From: Candidatus Methanomethylophilaceae archaeon
Lineage (GTDB): Archaea; Thermoplasmatota; Thermoplasmata; Methanomassiliicoccales; Methanomethylophilaceae
Length of the DNA: 64,000 nucleotides
Assembly: GCA_050944155.1 (NCBI GenBank)
Contig: JBMNQN010000004.1
Location: 38,163-102,162, forward strand
Reading direction: 5' to 3'
Shown here: piece after piece, positions 18,322-28,723 of the stretch
Position numbering within the stretch: position 1 is the stretch's first letter
How the letters are laid out: the number at the start of each line of letters is the position of its first letter
The notes under the pieces: generated by a model
Databases searched by the model: none
What the model saw: only the letters and a program-made list of their open reading frames with translations
Told to the model about the DNA's origin: nothing
Position numbers and translations under genes: made by a program

Positions 18322-19641
18322 ATGCAGGATATCAGGTCCCAGATTCTTAAATGCAAACAGGCGTCGGTGAAGCTCTCGGCAGCGGATACGGAGACGAAAA
18401 ACCGCGCGCTCGGAGCGATGGCCGATGCCTTGGACAAGAACAGGGAAAGAATACTGAAAGCAAACGCCGAAGACGTAATAGAGGCGGAGAAACTCTGCAG
18501 GGAAGGAAAACTCGCTGGACCGATGGTAAAAAGACTCATGGTCAGCGATTCCAAAATCGACGGGATGATCGACGGCATTTTGGACGTGAAATCCCTTGAA
18601 GACCCCGTGGGAGAGACCATCTCCGCGCTGGAGCTGGACGAAGGTCTGACTCTTTATCAGGTCCGCTGTCCCATAGGCGTGCTGGGAGTCATTTTCGAAT
18701 CCCGTCCCGACGTGGTTCCCCAGATAATGTCTCTCTGTCTGAAGAGCGGCAATGCCGTCGCGTTCAAAGGCGGTTCCGAAGCCGCCCGTTCCAACAGAAT
18801 CCTGTTCGATATTCTGCGGGATGCCGCCGCGTCCGAAGGAATTCCTAAAGACGCATTCGTGCTCATGGAGACCAGGGAAGACATATCCGAAATTCTGAGT
18901 CTCGACGAATACATCGATCTGCTCATTCCTAGAGGCTCCAACTCTTTCGTCCAATACATTCAGAACAATACGAAAATTCCGGTACTGGGTCATGCTTCCG
19001 GAGTGTGCACCACGTACATAGATTCCGATGCGGATCAGGATATGGCTCTGCGCGTCGTGCTGGACGCCAAGATACAGTATCCTGCAGTGTGCAACGCAAC
19101 GGAAAACGTTCTGGTGCACAGAGACATAGCGGACGAATTCGTACCGAAGCTGTGCCGCATATTCGCCGAAAACGGCGTGGAAGTCAGAGCCGATAAGTCG
19201 GTTTCAGAAATACCCGGAACCGAAGGTACGGTTCCCGCTTCCGAAGAAGACTGGAGCACCGAATACGGAGACTATACGGTGGCAGTCAAGGTGGTCGATT
19301 CGATAGAAGAGGCCACGGATTTCATCAACGAATACGGGTCGCACCACACCGACGCAATCATAACAAACAACAGTGCCAGCATGAAGTATTTCGTCAAAAT
19401 GGTGGATTCCGCCGACGTTTTCGTAAACGCGTCTACCAGGTTTGCCGACGGATACAGATTCGGCAAGGGCGCGGAAGTGGGCATTAGCACCAACAAAATC
19501 CACGCCCGCGGGCCGGTGGGCATGGAAGGTCTGATGATTTACAAGTATGTCTTAATGGGAAACGGCCAGGAAGTCCGCGGATACGCGGACGGGACGAAAA
19601 AATTCACTCACAGGGAAAAGAAGGAGGACTGTCCTCTTTGA
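18322..19641 (+). CDS. proA: Gamma-glutamyl phosphate reductase
   Basis: PIGVLGVIFESRP, YPAVCNATE, GSHHTDAI, NASTRFADG, HARGPVG. Confidence 0.97.
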   Translation: MQDIRSQILKCKQASVKLSAADTETKNRALGAMADALDKNRERILKANAEDVIEAEKLCREGKLAGPMVKRLMVSDSKIDGMIDGILDVKSLEDPVGETISALELDEGLTLYQVRCPIGVLGVIFESRPDVVPQIMSLCLKSGNAVAFKGGSEAARSNRILFDILRDAAASEGIPKDAFVLMETREDISEILSLDEYIDLLIPRGSNSFVQYIQNNTKIPVLGHASGVCTTYIDSDADQDMALRVVLDAKIQYPAVCNATENVLVHRDIADEFVPKLCRIFAENGVEVRADKSVSEIPGTEGTVPASEEDWSTEYGDYTVAVKVVDSIEEATDFINEYGSHHTDAIITNNSASMKYFVKMVDSADVFVNASTRFADGYRFGKGAEVGISTNKIHARGPVGMEGLMIYKYVLMGNGQEVRGYADGTKKFTHREKKEDCPL

Positions 19642-20756
19642 AATCCAGAAAAGAAGCCTTGGGAACCGTTGAAAGAGTGGTTATCAAAGTCGGAACTTCG
19701 TCCATTACCAGAAGTTCGCCGGAAAAATCCGCCGAGTTCATGGAAGAAATCGCGGATCAGGTGAAAACAATCAAAGACAGAGGCATCGAAGTCCTCATTG
19801 TTTCTTCGGGAGCCATAGGCCTGGGCATCAGGACTCTGGGTATAGAGCCCCATCCCAGCGACGTTCCCATGAGGCAGGCCGCAGCATCCATCGGACAGTC
19901 GGCATTGATGCACGGTTGGAACACGGCATTCGAAAAAAGGGGGCTGATCGGAGCCCAGATTCTGCTGACCATGGATTCGTATTCCGTCAGGGAAACCGCT
20001 AACAACCTCGGCAATACGGTGGAAACCCTTCTTTCCCTGGGAGCCGTTCCCGTGTTCAACGAAAACGATGCCGTATGCACCAAGGAAATCGATGCCGTTT
20101 TCGGAGACAACGACACTCTGTCCGCGGTAATAGCCAGCAATACGGATTCAGATCTTCTGATTATACTTTCCGACGTGGATGGACTGTACACAAAGAATCC
20201 GAAACTCTACGAGGATGCAGAATTGGTTTCCTGCGTATCCGATATAGACGAAGTGGAACACATGGCGGGAGACCCGACCACCAATTTGGGAGTCGGAGGG
20301 ATGAAAACAAAACTCAGCGCCGCACGCATATGCGCTGATGCCGGATGCAACATGGTTATTGCTTCCGGATTTTTGGGTAATTCGATTGTGGACGTTGTCA
20401 ACGGAGAGGACATCGGAACGCTGTTCGTTCCCGGTCCCGCAATCCCCAAAAAAAGACGCTGGCTCAAGTCGGTGGAACCTCACGGAAAGATATACGTGGA
20501 CGACGGCGCGGCCAAAGCTCTGAAGAGACACCATTCTCTTCTGCCCGTCGGAATAACGGAAATCTCCGGAGGTTTTTCCCAGGGAGATCCCGTCGACGTG
20601 ATGCACGGAGACGAAAACATTGCCCGGGGAATTTCCAATTACGATTCGGACGACCTCATAACGATAATGGGAAAGAGAAAACCGGAGGCGGACAGAATCC
20701 TCGGCAGAGACCGCCCCATCGACGTGATTCATACGGAAAACATGGTTCTTCTGTGA
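19638..20756 (+). CDS. proB: Glutamate 5-kinase with PUA domain
   Basis: VIKVGTSS, VSSGAI, NENDAV, FGDNDTLSA, GGMKTKL. Confidence 0.97.
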   Translation: MKSRKEALGTVERVVIKVGTSSITRSSPEKSAEFMEEIADQVKTIKDRGIEVLIVSSGAIGLGIRTLGIEPHPSDVPMRQAAASIGQSALMHGWNTAFEKRGLIGAQILLTMDSYSVRETANNLGNTVETLLSLGAVPVFNENDAVCTKEIDAVFGDNDTLSAVIASNTDSDLLIILSDVDGLYTKNPKLYEDAELVSCVSDIDEVEHMAGDPTTNLGVGGMKTKLSAARICADAGCNMVIASGFLGNSIVDVVNGEDIGTLFVPGPAIPKKRRWLKSVEPHGKIYVDDGAAKALKRHHSLLPVGITEISGGFSQGDPVDVMHGDENIARGISNYDSDDLITIMGKRKPEADRILGRDRPIDVIHTENMVLL

Positions 20757-20876
20757 GCCGTTATGCTTTCCTTATGTGGTCTCTTAGGTTAAAGGGCGAT
20801 TCGGGCGAGCGGGTCTTCCGTGCTCGTACGGATAAGAAGAAAGACGTCTCGGGAAAATTTTCAGAAGGATAAGGCA

Positions 20877-20952
20877 TGGTGGGCCCGGCCGGATTTGAAC
20901 CGGCGACCTCCGCAATGTCAATGCGACGTCATAACCCCTAGACTACGAGCCC
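20877..20952 (-). tRNA. tRNA-Val(GAC)
   Basis: GGGCTCG/CGGGCCC acceptor stem, TT-GAC-AT loop, encoded CCA. Confidence 0.95.
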
Positions 20953-21073
20953 AGCAAGCCCTTGATACAATTACAGTAAATATATCTTTTCCCGCAGAAA
21001 TTCCGTTCGGATATCTGAATTTCCGGTACTGGGTCATGGCAGATTCTTATATCGTAAAAGGGTTTTTACCCCT

Positions 21074-21316
21074 ATGGCCGAGATTAAGCTGTTTACGAAA
21101 GACAACTGCGGAAAATGCGAATACGTCTTGGAACGCATTCCCGAAGGGATCCGCGTGGAAACGGTGAACGTGGATACCGTGGACGGACTGGCCGAAGGAG
21201 CCTTTTATCAGATTCTCAACATGACGTTTCCCGTGCTGGTCGTCGACGGAACCGTGAAAGCCGAAGGTTCCATTAATTCGCTTAAAGTCCTGAAGGAGAT
21301 TTCCGAACAGAAATGA
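21074..21316 (+). CDS. Glutaredoxin/thioredoxin-like protein
   Basis: CGKC active site, FPVLVVDG cis-Pro motif. Confidence 0.85.
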   Translation: MAEIKLFTKDNCGKCEYVLERIPEGIRVETVNVDTVDGLAEGAFYQILNMTFPVLVVDGTVKAEGSINSLKVLKEISEQK

Positions 21317-22299
21317 TAACGCTGGGAATCGAAAGCACCGCCCACACCATGGGCGTAGGAATCACCGATTCGGAAAACGGCTGCAGAGTACTGGCAAACG
21401 TAATAGACATGTACCGCCCCCCGCAGGGCGGGCTCCATCCCAGGGAAGCCGCCAACCATCATGCGGAAAACGTTTCTTCCGACATACTCAAGGCGCTGGA
21501 AGAGGCGGGCCTCGGAATCAGGGACATAGACTTGGTTTCGTTTTCCATGGGCCCCGGTCTCGGACCGTGTCTGAAAACATCCGCAACCGCTGCCAGGGCG
21601 TTATCCCACCGTCTGAATATTCCGATAATGGGAGTCAACCACTGCGTCGCCCACATAGAGATAGGAAGAGCCACTCAGGGATGCGAAGATCCCGCTCTGC
21701 TTTACGCTTCCGGAGGAAATACCCAGATAATCGCTTTTGCCGACCGCAGATACCGTATATTCGGGGAAACCGAAGACGTGGGCATAGGAAACATGTTCGA
21801 TAAACTGGGAAGGGAACTGGGACTGGGGTATTACGCGGGGCCCGCGATAGAAAAACTGGCGAAAGACGGAGACAGACTTCTCGATATCCCCTACTCCGTC
21901 AAAGGTATGGACGTTTCTTTCTCTGGCATAATGACCGCAGCGCTGGCACATTACAAAAAAGGCGAGCGTCTGGAAGATATCGCGATGAGCGTTCAGGAGA
22001 CCGCATTCGCGATGCTCGTGGAAGTTACGGAAAGGGCGATGGCCCACACGGGAAAGAACGAAGTTTTGCTGGGCGGAGGTGTTTCCCAGAACACGCGTCT
22101 GAGGGAAATGACGAAAGCCATGGCCGAAGCGCGGGGAGCGGAAATGTTCGTTCCCGAAAGAAAACTGTGCGTGGACAACGGAGCTATGATAGCCTGGCTG
22201 GGAACACTTATGTACGAATCCGGAGTGAGAACGGACATAGCGTCCACCGCCGTCCGCCAAAGGTTCCGTACCGACGAGGCGGAAGTCACCTGGCGCTGA
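21313..22299 (+). CDS. kae1: KEOPS t6A synthase Kae1
   Basis: LGIESTAHT, GPGLGPCL, VNHCVAHIE, YASGGNT, DNGAMIAW. Confidence 0.96.
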   Translation: MITLGIESTAHTMGVGITDSENGCRVLANVIDMYRPPQGGLHPREAANHHAENVSSDILKALEEAGLGIRDIDLVSFSMGPGLGPCLKTSATAARALSHRLNIPIMGVNHCVAHIEIGRATQGCEDPALLYASGGNTQIIAFADRRYRIFGETEDVGIGNMFDKLGRELGLGYYAGPAIEKLAKDGDRLLDIPYSVKGMDVSFSGIMTAALAHYKKGERLEDIAMSVQETAFAMLVEVTERAMAHTGKNEVLLGGGVSQNTRLREMTKAMAEARGAEMFVPERKLCVDNGAMIAWLGTLMYESGVRTDIASTAVRQRFRTDEAEVTWR

Positions 22300-23620
22300 T
22301 TTGGGCGGCTATAACCGAATTCAGTTTTTCGATGAATTCGTCTTTTCTTTCGGAGGGAAAAGATCCTCCGCTGGCTATTCTGTGGCCTCCGCCGCTTCCG
22401 CCCACAGCCTTACATGCTTCCCGAAGCGCAACCGAAAGATCGACGCCCTTCGAAAGCAGTTCCGCGGTGGCCCTTCCGGAAACCTTTGCGGTTTCTTCCG
22501 TAGAGTTGATTCCGAATGTGGGTTTGGAACCGTTTCCCATGTAATTCATAGCAATCCCACACAGCATTCCGGTCATTCCGGAACGGGAGCTGTCGAACCA
22601 TTGAATGTCAGAGAGCTGGGTGAGTCCCCTTCCGTCCAGTTCGGCGGCGTTTTTCACGATTTCCGCGCGGAATTCTTTTTCGTTTTCTTCGGCTGTTTTA
22701 AGGCTCCGCAGATCCCCGCACGCGGCTGCCGCCCCCAGACCCATGAGTCCGTTGCGTCCGCAGCCGTCAAGAATCATTGCGAACCGTCCGGAATCCATTT
22801 TCCGGTCTTTCAGCAGATAACGTTCTCCCGAGATATTTCTCAGGGTATCTGCGGAAACACCCTGTTCCGCAAGTCTCAGAACAATCAGGGAAGAAAGTTT
22901 TCTTCTTTTGTCGTCGGACAGTTCGGAATTGTAGGAATCTTTGGAAATTCCCGCTTCGCCCAGAATCTCAGCAACCCCTTCCGCGTTTCCGCTTACGCCC
23001 CTGATATAGGGTTCGGAAGAAAGAAACAGCTCGTCCGTAAGTTTTCCGGAGGGGATGACCGATCCTTTTTTCGTCAATATGTGGCCCCGTTCCGTCCCCT
23101 CGTCGAGAAGATAAGCGTTCAGACCGTCGATTTCCTGTTTGTCACCGTATATTCCGGCGAAAGCGATTTCGACCAAGTCCCAGTTTCTTTCGTTCAGGGT
23201 CACGGCGAACAGACACGCCATGGTGGAGCCGCATCCGTATTTCATGCCGTCTATTCCGTGGAAGTGGGGATTGGCGTAAATCACCCGTTTCGCTTCCGCG
23301 CCGGGGGTGTGATGATCCAGAACCACGATTTTGCGGTCCAGCGCGTCCATTTTTTCTATGTAGGATGCGCCCAAATCCGTCATAACTATACATTCGGCGT
23401 CGCTGTTCTCCACTTCCGGGAAGGTACTGTCGTCGAGAGTCGTCAGAAAGGTGACTCTGAATTCCTTTCCCTCGCGCATCAGAGCTTTGATGACGATTCC
23501 GGCGGAAGAAATGCCGTCTGCGTCGTAATGGGAAATTACGTGAATGAAACCGCTGCCGCGGACGGTATCCGCGGCGGCGGAGAGAATTTTAAGAAGTTTT
23601 TCGGGGACACTCCGGTCCAT
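22286..23620 (-). CDS. DHH-family RecJ/Cdc45-like nuclease (probably GAN)
   Basis: HYDADG, TDLG, LDHH, GGGHRIASG; typical position downstream of rps15. Confidence 0.88.
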   Translation of the reverse strand: MDRSVPEKLLKILSAAADTVRGSGFIHVISHYDADGISSAGIVIKALMREGKEFRVTFLTTLDDSTFPEVENSDAECIVMTDLGASYIEKMDALDRKIVVLDHHTPGAEAKRVIYANPHFHGIDGMKYGCGSTMACLFAVTLNERNWDLVEIAFAGIYGDKQEIDGLNAYLLDEGTERGHILTKKGSVIPSGKLTDELFLSSEPYIRGVSGNAEGVAEILGEAGISKDSYNSELSDDKRRKLSSLIVLRLAEQGVSADTLRNISGERYLLKDRKMDSGRFAMILDGCGRNGLMGLGAAAACGDLRSLKTAEENEKEFRAEIVKNAAELDGRGLTQLSDIQWFDSSRSGMTGMLCGIAMNYMGNGSKPTFGINSTEETAKVSGRATAELLSKGVDLSVALREACKAVGGSGGGHRIASGGSFPSERKDEFIEKLNSVIAAQISAR

Positions 23621-23627
23621 TTCATTC

Positions 23628-24083
23628 TCACTTGAGCATAAGCTCCGCGTTCTTCAGCGAATATTTCCACTCTTTGGGAAGGACTCCCCTGTCTTTGTAG
23701 TATTTTTCGAGCCTTCTGATTTTCGCTTCGATGAGAAGAAGACCTCTTTTGTTGGCAACGTCTCCCTTGTTTTCCTTTACGTGGACGTTGAGGGAAATTG
23801 CGCGCCTCATGAGGTTGGAAAGATCCTCGGGAAGAGAAGGTGCCACGCCCTTTTCCTCCATGATTTCGGTAACGGTTTTTCCGGTTGCCAGTTTGACATT
23901 GGGAACTCCGTACTGGTCTCTGAGAACGAGTCCGATTTTCGCGGAAATCATTCCTTCCTTAGCGAATTTCACTATGAGTTCTTCAATCTCGGATGCCCCT
24001 ATGGGTACCCAAGCGGGATTTTCGGACACCATCGGGCGTCTCGAACGGGATTTCCCCCTTCTTCTGGTGTGCATTCTTGCCAT
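23628..24083 (-). CDS. rps15: 30S ribosomal protein S15 (uS15)
   Basis: MARMHTRRRGKS, LRDQYGVP, LPEDL, IEAKIRRL..YY. Confidence 0.98.
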   Translation of the reverse strand: MARMHTRRRGKSRSRRPMVSENPAWVPIGASEIEELIVKFAKEGMISAKIGLVLRDQYGVPNVKLATGKTVTEIMEEKGVAPSLPEDLSNLMRRAISLNVHVKENKGDVANKRGLLLIEAKIRRLEKYYKDRGVLPKEWKYSLKNAELMLK

Positions 24084-24168
24084 GATATGATACTCCGAAT
24101 AGGTTTGGCGGCTTGGCTGAGTCACATTAACGGCACGGTATATTAAAAGGTTACATCCGCGCGCGGTA

Positions 24169-24519
24169 TTATGCGCGTTTTCCGGACACTTCGGATTCCG
24201 CCCAGGGAATCACGTCCAAATACTCGTCCCGGGGAAAGGACAGAACTTCTGGAAGTTCGGAGAAAAGACGGCTTTCCATCTCTCCGCCGGATATTTTTTC
24301 TCCGAGTACCGCGGCGCACACGTCGCAGTATCCCAGATCCCGGACGGCGACGATTTCGATACCGTACCCGGATTCTTCGAGAAATTCCCGTTCCGCGGCT
24401 TCTTTTACGCTCTCTCCGGCTTCGGCCTTTCCTCCCGGCATCTCCCATCCCTTTCTCTTCCGGTTGTAAACCATCAGGTATTTTCCGTCCGAGAAAGCCA
24501 CTGTGTAAACGGTCCTCAT
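24169..24519 (-). CDS. NUDIX hydrolase
   Basis: Nudix box PGGKAEAGESVKEAAEREFLEESG; ATG at 24519 overlaps the fibrillarin stop. Confidence 0.9.
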   Translation of the reverse strand: MRTVYTVAFSDGKYLMVYNRKRKGWEMPGGKAEAGESVKEAAEREFLEESGYGIEIVAVRDLGYCDVCAAVLGEKISGGEMESRLFSELPEVLSFPRDEYLDVIPWAESEVSGKRA

Positions 24520-25175
24520 TTTTTCGCTCCGAAAACGATCATGACGTGATTCTTTTCGTAAGGCTCCAGACTTCTGGAATCCAGTATTGCGAATCCCCTT
24601 CCGCGGAGAACCGATTCGGCCTCCGCATATACGGCTTTCGGTTCTTTCGCGACGTCTTCGGAATTGGCTTTCACGCACAGCATTCCGTATTCCGCTCCGA
24701 AAGCTTCGGCGTTGTCCGCGGCGATTTCCGCCTGCCGTTTCTGTGCCACGTCCTGATAAACTATTTCGACTCTGTCCGAAGCGAAAAGATATTCTTCGGG
24801 TTTCGTGGCATCGCCAAGAACCGGAATCATGTTCGGCCGTCCTTCGCACACGGTCACCAGATCCCTGAACATTCTCTTCGAAATTTCGACGCATATTATT
24901 TTTCCTTTGACACACACGTCGGACACATGGGATGCGGTGGTTCCGCCGGATGCTCCGAGATACAGGACGGAAGAAGTTTCCGTAAACGGAAAGACTCTTC
25001 CGCCGTTGGTAAGGTAGGCGGAAAGTTTGCTCCTGCGGGGAGACCATTCCCTGTATTCCGTCCCCCCGTCGGTTACGAGGCGTTCTCCGTACACCCTTTT
25101 TCCGGGCAGGGAGGATTCGGTATACAGTTTTCCGTTCCGGGTAAAAACCCCCGGAACGTCCTTCAGATGTTCCAC
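24516..25175 (-). CDS. flpA: Fibrillarin-like rRNA/tRNA 2'-O-methyltransferase
   Basis: VYGE, YREWSPRRSKL, VLYLGASGGTTASHVSD, YQDVAQ. Confidence 0.96.
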   Translation of the reverse strand: MEHLKDVPGVFTRNGKLYTESSLPGKRVYGERLVTDGGTEYREWSPRRSKLSAYLTNGGRVFPFTETSSVLYLGASGGTTASHVSDVCVKGKIICVEISKRMFRDLVTVCEGRPNMIPVLGDATKPEEYLFASDRVEIVYQDVAQKRQAEIAADNAEAFGAEYGMLCVKANSEDVAKEPKAVYAEAESVLRGRGFAILDSRSLEPYEKNHVMIVFGAKK

Positions 25176-25247
25176 AATTCCGCCAACGGGTTTTCCTTAG
25201 AAAAAGGAACCTATCGGAAACCCTAATTACGGAGTTACCGCCTTAGG

Positions 25248-26864
25248 ATGCCCATGAACCTTGTCGAAACGCTGCGGGAAATCGCAAAGGAAGTCCGGAA
25301 GGCCGTATCGCTGATACCGGATTCCGACTTCAGAGGCAAAGAAATCTGTATGGGAGACGACGGAACTCCCACGTCCGGAATAGACAAGGTGGCCGAAAAC
25401 GCCGTTCTGGGATATATCGAAGCCAACGGACTGAAACTCAACGTTCTGAGCGAAGAAATCGGTTTCGTCGACAACGGCGGAAGCGACGTTCTGGTTTTGG
25501 ATCCGATAGACGGAACGAACAACTCGGTTGCGGAAATTCCCTTCTATTCCATATCAATGGCCGTGGGGACGGGTTCGCTGAGGGGTATGCACACCGCGTT
25601 CATCATGAACCTGGCAACCGGGGACGAGTATTGGGCGGTCAAAGGAAAAGGCGCCTACTTCAACGGAAGAAAACTCAAGGTGAGAAAGCCGGACTTCGAC
25701 AGAATATTTGCGATGATATACACGGGAAACTCGGCCGCGGACGAATCTTTCGCACTGATCAAAAACGTCAAAAGCGTACGTTCCATGGGATGCGCTTCGC
25801 TGGAAATGGCACATCTGGCACTGGGGCACGCGGACATATACTACATGAACGCCGAACGCTATGACCGTTCCGTAAGAACCGTGGACATAGCCGCGAGTTC
25901 TTTGATACTGAGAGAAGCCGGCGGAGAGATATACGACTTGGGAGGAAACGTTCTGGACATGCCTCTGGACAATTCTTTCCGTTCCAACTTTGTCGCGTGT
26001 ACGGACAAGAAGGTTTTCGATCACCTCATGAGGCCTTATGTAGAAAACCACGGTTCGGCAAGGTACGGAGTTTACGCGAACGCAACGGTCCCGGGCGTCG
26101 GTACGTACGTACGCAGGGTCTGCGCCGCCCTCGAAGGCGAAAAAGTCGTTCTGGACACGTCGGCCGCCGAGATTATGGGAACCGAAGGCATTCCGATTTC
26201 CGAAATGGACGTGGACATCGTGATTGTGGTCGGCGGAGACGGAACAATCCTGAGAGCCCTTCAGAACACCGATGCGGCAATAATAGGCGTTAATGCCGGA
26301 GGAGTAGGATTCCTGGCGGAGCTGGAACCGGACGAAATCGAAGAAGGCATATCCAGAATAAAGCGCGGAGAGTACACGGTGGAAAACAGATCGAAAATCA
26401 AAATCCGCTACGGTTCCGAGGAGTTTCCCGACGCCGTGAACGAAGCGGTCATCCACACAGATTCGGTTGCTAAAATCAGGCAGTTCAGAATATACGTCAA
26501 CAACCACATGGTCACCGAAGTGCGCGCCGACGGCGTGATAATCTCGACGTCCACGGGTTCCACGTGCTACGCCATGAGTCTCGGGGCTCCGATAACCGAT
26601 CCGGGGGTGGAAGCGTTTCTGATAGTTCCCATGGCAGCTTTCAAATTCGCATCCCGTCCTTTCGTTGTTCCTTCTTCTTCGAAGATAACCGTCGAGGCGG
26701 TCATGGACAAAGGATGCCTTATGGTCGTGGACGGACAGCACGAATATCCCATGAGAGGCGGAACCAAGGCGGAATTCTCTTTATCGGACACGAAAGCCCG
26801 TTTCATAAAACTGGATAAGGACTTTTATTCCAGAGTGAGGGACAAACTGGTGAACGCCATATGA
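25248..26864 (+). CDS. Bifunctional NADP phosphatase (IMPase-like) / NAD kinase
   Basis: SEE..LDPIDGT IMPase motifs; GGDGT, GFL, NE and DG..ST.TGST.Y.MSLG NAD-kinase motifs. Confidence 0.93.
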   Translation: MPMNLVETLREIAKEVRKAVSLIPDSDFRGKEICMGDDGTPTSGIDKVAENAVLGYIEANGLKLNVLSEEIGFVDNGGSDVLVLDPIDGTNNSVAEIPFYSISMAVGTGSLRGMHTAFIMNLATGDEYWAVKGKGAYFNGRKLKVRKPDFDRIFAMIYTGNSAADESFALIKNVKSVRSMGCASLEMAHLALGHADIYYMNAERYDRSVRTVDIAASSLILREAGGEIYDLGGNVLDMPLDNSFRSNFVACTDKKVFDHLMRPYVENHGSARYGVYANATVPGVGTYVRRVCAALEGEKVVLDTSAAEIMGTEGIPISEMDVDIVIVVGGDGTILRALQNTDAAIIGVNAGGVGFLAELEPDEIEEGISRIKRGEYTVENRSKIKIRYGSEEFPDAVNEAVIHTDSVAKIRQFRIYVNNHMVTEVRADGVIISTSTGSTCYAMSLGAPITDPGVEAFLIVPMAAFKFASRPFVVPSSSKITVEAVMDKGCLMVVDGQHEYPMRGGTKAEFSLSDTKARFIKLDKDFYSRVRDKLVNAI

Positions 26865-27241
26865 AGAGAATACGGGGAATACATGAGGAAGTCATCGAAG
26901 CCATCAATGAATCGGCTCGGTCAGTCCACCCGGACGAGTTTCTCTGCATGCTCAGGGAGGAGGACGGAATAATTTCGGAACTCGTGCTTCTTCCGGGAAC
27001 CGTTTACGGCGATTCCCACAGTTTCATGAGCGATTGGATGGCACCCGTGGATTTCAGTCTGGTCGGAACCGTGCATTCCCATCCGGGTTACTCCAACGAA
27101 CCTTCCGACGCCGATTTGGATTATTTTTCGAACATGGGCGGAATCCACATCATTACGTGTATGCCGTACGACGGAAAAAGCTGGAGGGCTTACGATTCGG
27201 CAGGCCGTCCTCTGAAACTGGAAATATTCACTGACTCCTGA
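26861..27241 (+). CDS. JAMM/MPN+ metalloprotease
   Basis: E...HSHP.....PS..D motif (HSHPGYSNEPSDAD). Confidence 0.9.
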   Translation: MKRIRGIHEEVIEAINESARSVHPDEFLCMLREEDGIISELVLLPGTVYGDSHSFMSDWMAPVDFSLVGTVHSHPGYSNEPSDADLDYFSNMGGIHIITCMPYDGKSWRAYDSAGRPLKLEIFTDS

Positions 27242-28553
27242 TTCCGTCGTTTACTATCTCTTTGGCTATTTCCAAAAGACCCACGGCGTAAGCTTTGTCT
27301 CTGGCTTCCGCCTTAATGTTGATGATCCCTTCGGAATCCGGGAAACTGATGAGGAACCAGCCGTGTTCCATGTCGACTCTCCAGCCTTTGACGTGAACCA
27401 CGTCGGTGTAATCCAATTCCTTAACGGATTCCGCAATGTTTCTCCACAGGGCTTCGTAACCGCCAGTAAAGTGTATTTTGGCGGTTTCGGTGATGTAGCC
27501 TTCCATGTCGTCGAGGGCGTCGCTAAGGCTGTTGGAACCTGCGTATTTCGAAATTATGGCGGCCGCCATCACCCCGTCCGGACAGAGAGTCATTCCCGGC
27601 AAAATAATCGAACCGTTGCCCAGGGCTCCGAATTCTATCTTCTCGGCCTTCATGGTCGAACACAGTGCCACGGGGTCCGGTTCGCATTTGACGATTCTGC
27701 GGTCTTCCGTTTCTTTTTCCCCGTCCCAAAATGCCCTGTCCACGCTCGCGGAGACGTCGATCGGGATTACGATATCTTTCGGTTTCATGTATTTTACCAA
27801 AAGTGCCAGCAGATTGTTTCCGCTGACGTACTCTCCGTCTTCGTCCACGAGAGCGACGCGGGTGCCGTCTCCGTTCAGAAGAATTCCTATGCTCCCGGGT
27901 ATGGTTTTGACGGCAGTCTGCACGTCCTTGGCCTCGGAGACTTCGATCCCGGAGAACCTGGGCTGATAGCTGCGGTCGGGGTGGGAATTGATGCTGACGA
28001 CGTCGGCTCCCGCCGCGGTAAGAATCTGGGGAGCCACGAAAGAGGTGCTGTTGCATCCGCAGTCCACGACTACCGAGCAGTCGATTTCTCCGCAGACCGA
28101 AACGAGTTTTTTGATGTATCTGACGGAAACCGAGTCGTCCCGTTTCATGCTGCTTACGGAAAGATATCCCGGAAGGGGAGTGAAAGCTTCGGAATATTTT
28201 TCGATGGTTTTCATCTGCTCTTCGCCGAATTCGGAACCGTCGGCGTTACGCAGGGTTATTCCGCTCACCACTCCGTGAACGTCCGGAGAGCCTATCATCG
28301 CGTAGCAGTCCATTCCCGAAGACGCAAGGGCGCCTGCGGGAGAGGGCACGTATCCCAGGTCCAGAACTTCGGACCCCACGGACATCAGTCCTGATATGAA
28401 AGCGTCGCGTATCATCTTGCTGCTTCTGCTCAGATCCATGCCCACGGAGACTTTTTTGTAGGATGTTCCCACGGCCCTTCCCGCGGAAAGCGCCTTCTCG
28501 GGAGTCATGTTCGAGTCGGATGCGGACTTGAAATCCAATCTGCTCGGATGCAT
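27228..28553 (-). CDS. Phosphohexomutase (GlmM/PMM)-like protein with degenerate active site
   Basis: VGMDLSRSS, DLGYVPSP, VVDCGC, PDG and GWRVD are conserved; ASHN and DGDADR are not. Confidence 0.85.
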   Translation of the reverse strand: MHPSRLDFKSASDSNMTPEKALSAGRAVGTSYKKVSVGMDLSRSSKMIRDAFISGLMSVGSEVLDLGYVPSPAGALASSGMDCYAMIGSPDVHGVVSGITLRNADGSEFGEEQMKTIEKYSEAFTPLPGYLSVSSMKRDDSVSVRYIKKLVSVCGEIDCSVVVDCGCNSTSFVAPQILTAAGADVVSINSHPDRSYQPRFSGIEVSEAKDVQTAVKTIPGSIGILLNGDGTRVALVDEDGEYVSGNNLLALLVKYMKPKDIVIPIDVSASVDRAFWDGEKETEDRRIVKCEPDPVALCSTMKAEKIEFGALGNGSIILPGMTLCPDGVMAAAIISKYAGSNSLSDALDDMEGYITETAKIHFTGGYEALWRNIAESVKELDYTDVVHVKGWRVDMEHGWFLISFPDSEGIINIKAEARDKAYAVGLLEIAKEIVNDGIRSQ

Positions 28554-28723
28554 CGTCGGGTCAGAGCATTTAGTTGTTCATATTTATTGCCATGGAATCC
28601 GTGCACTCCGTTTCACGTAGCCAGACGTCGGAAAAACGTCCGAAAACCGAAAAATCATTAAATAGTATAAACGCGGATTAAAACTCTGCGTGGCAGGTCT
28701 GGCCTGTCATCAGAAGGGATAAT

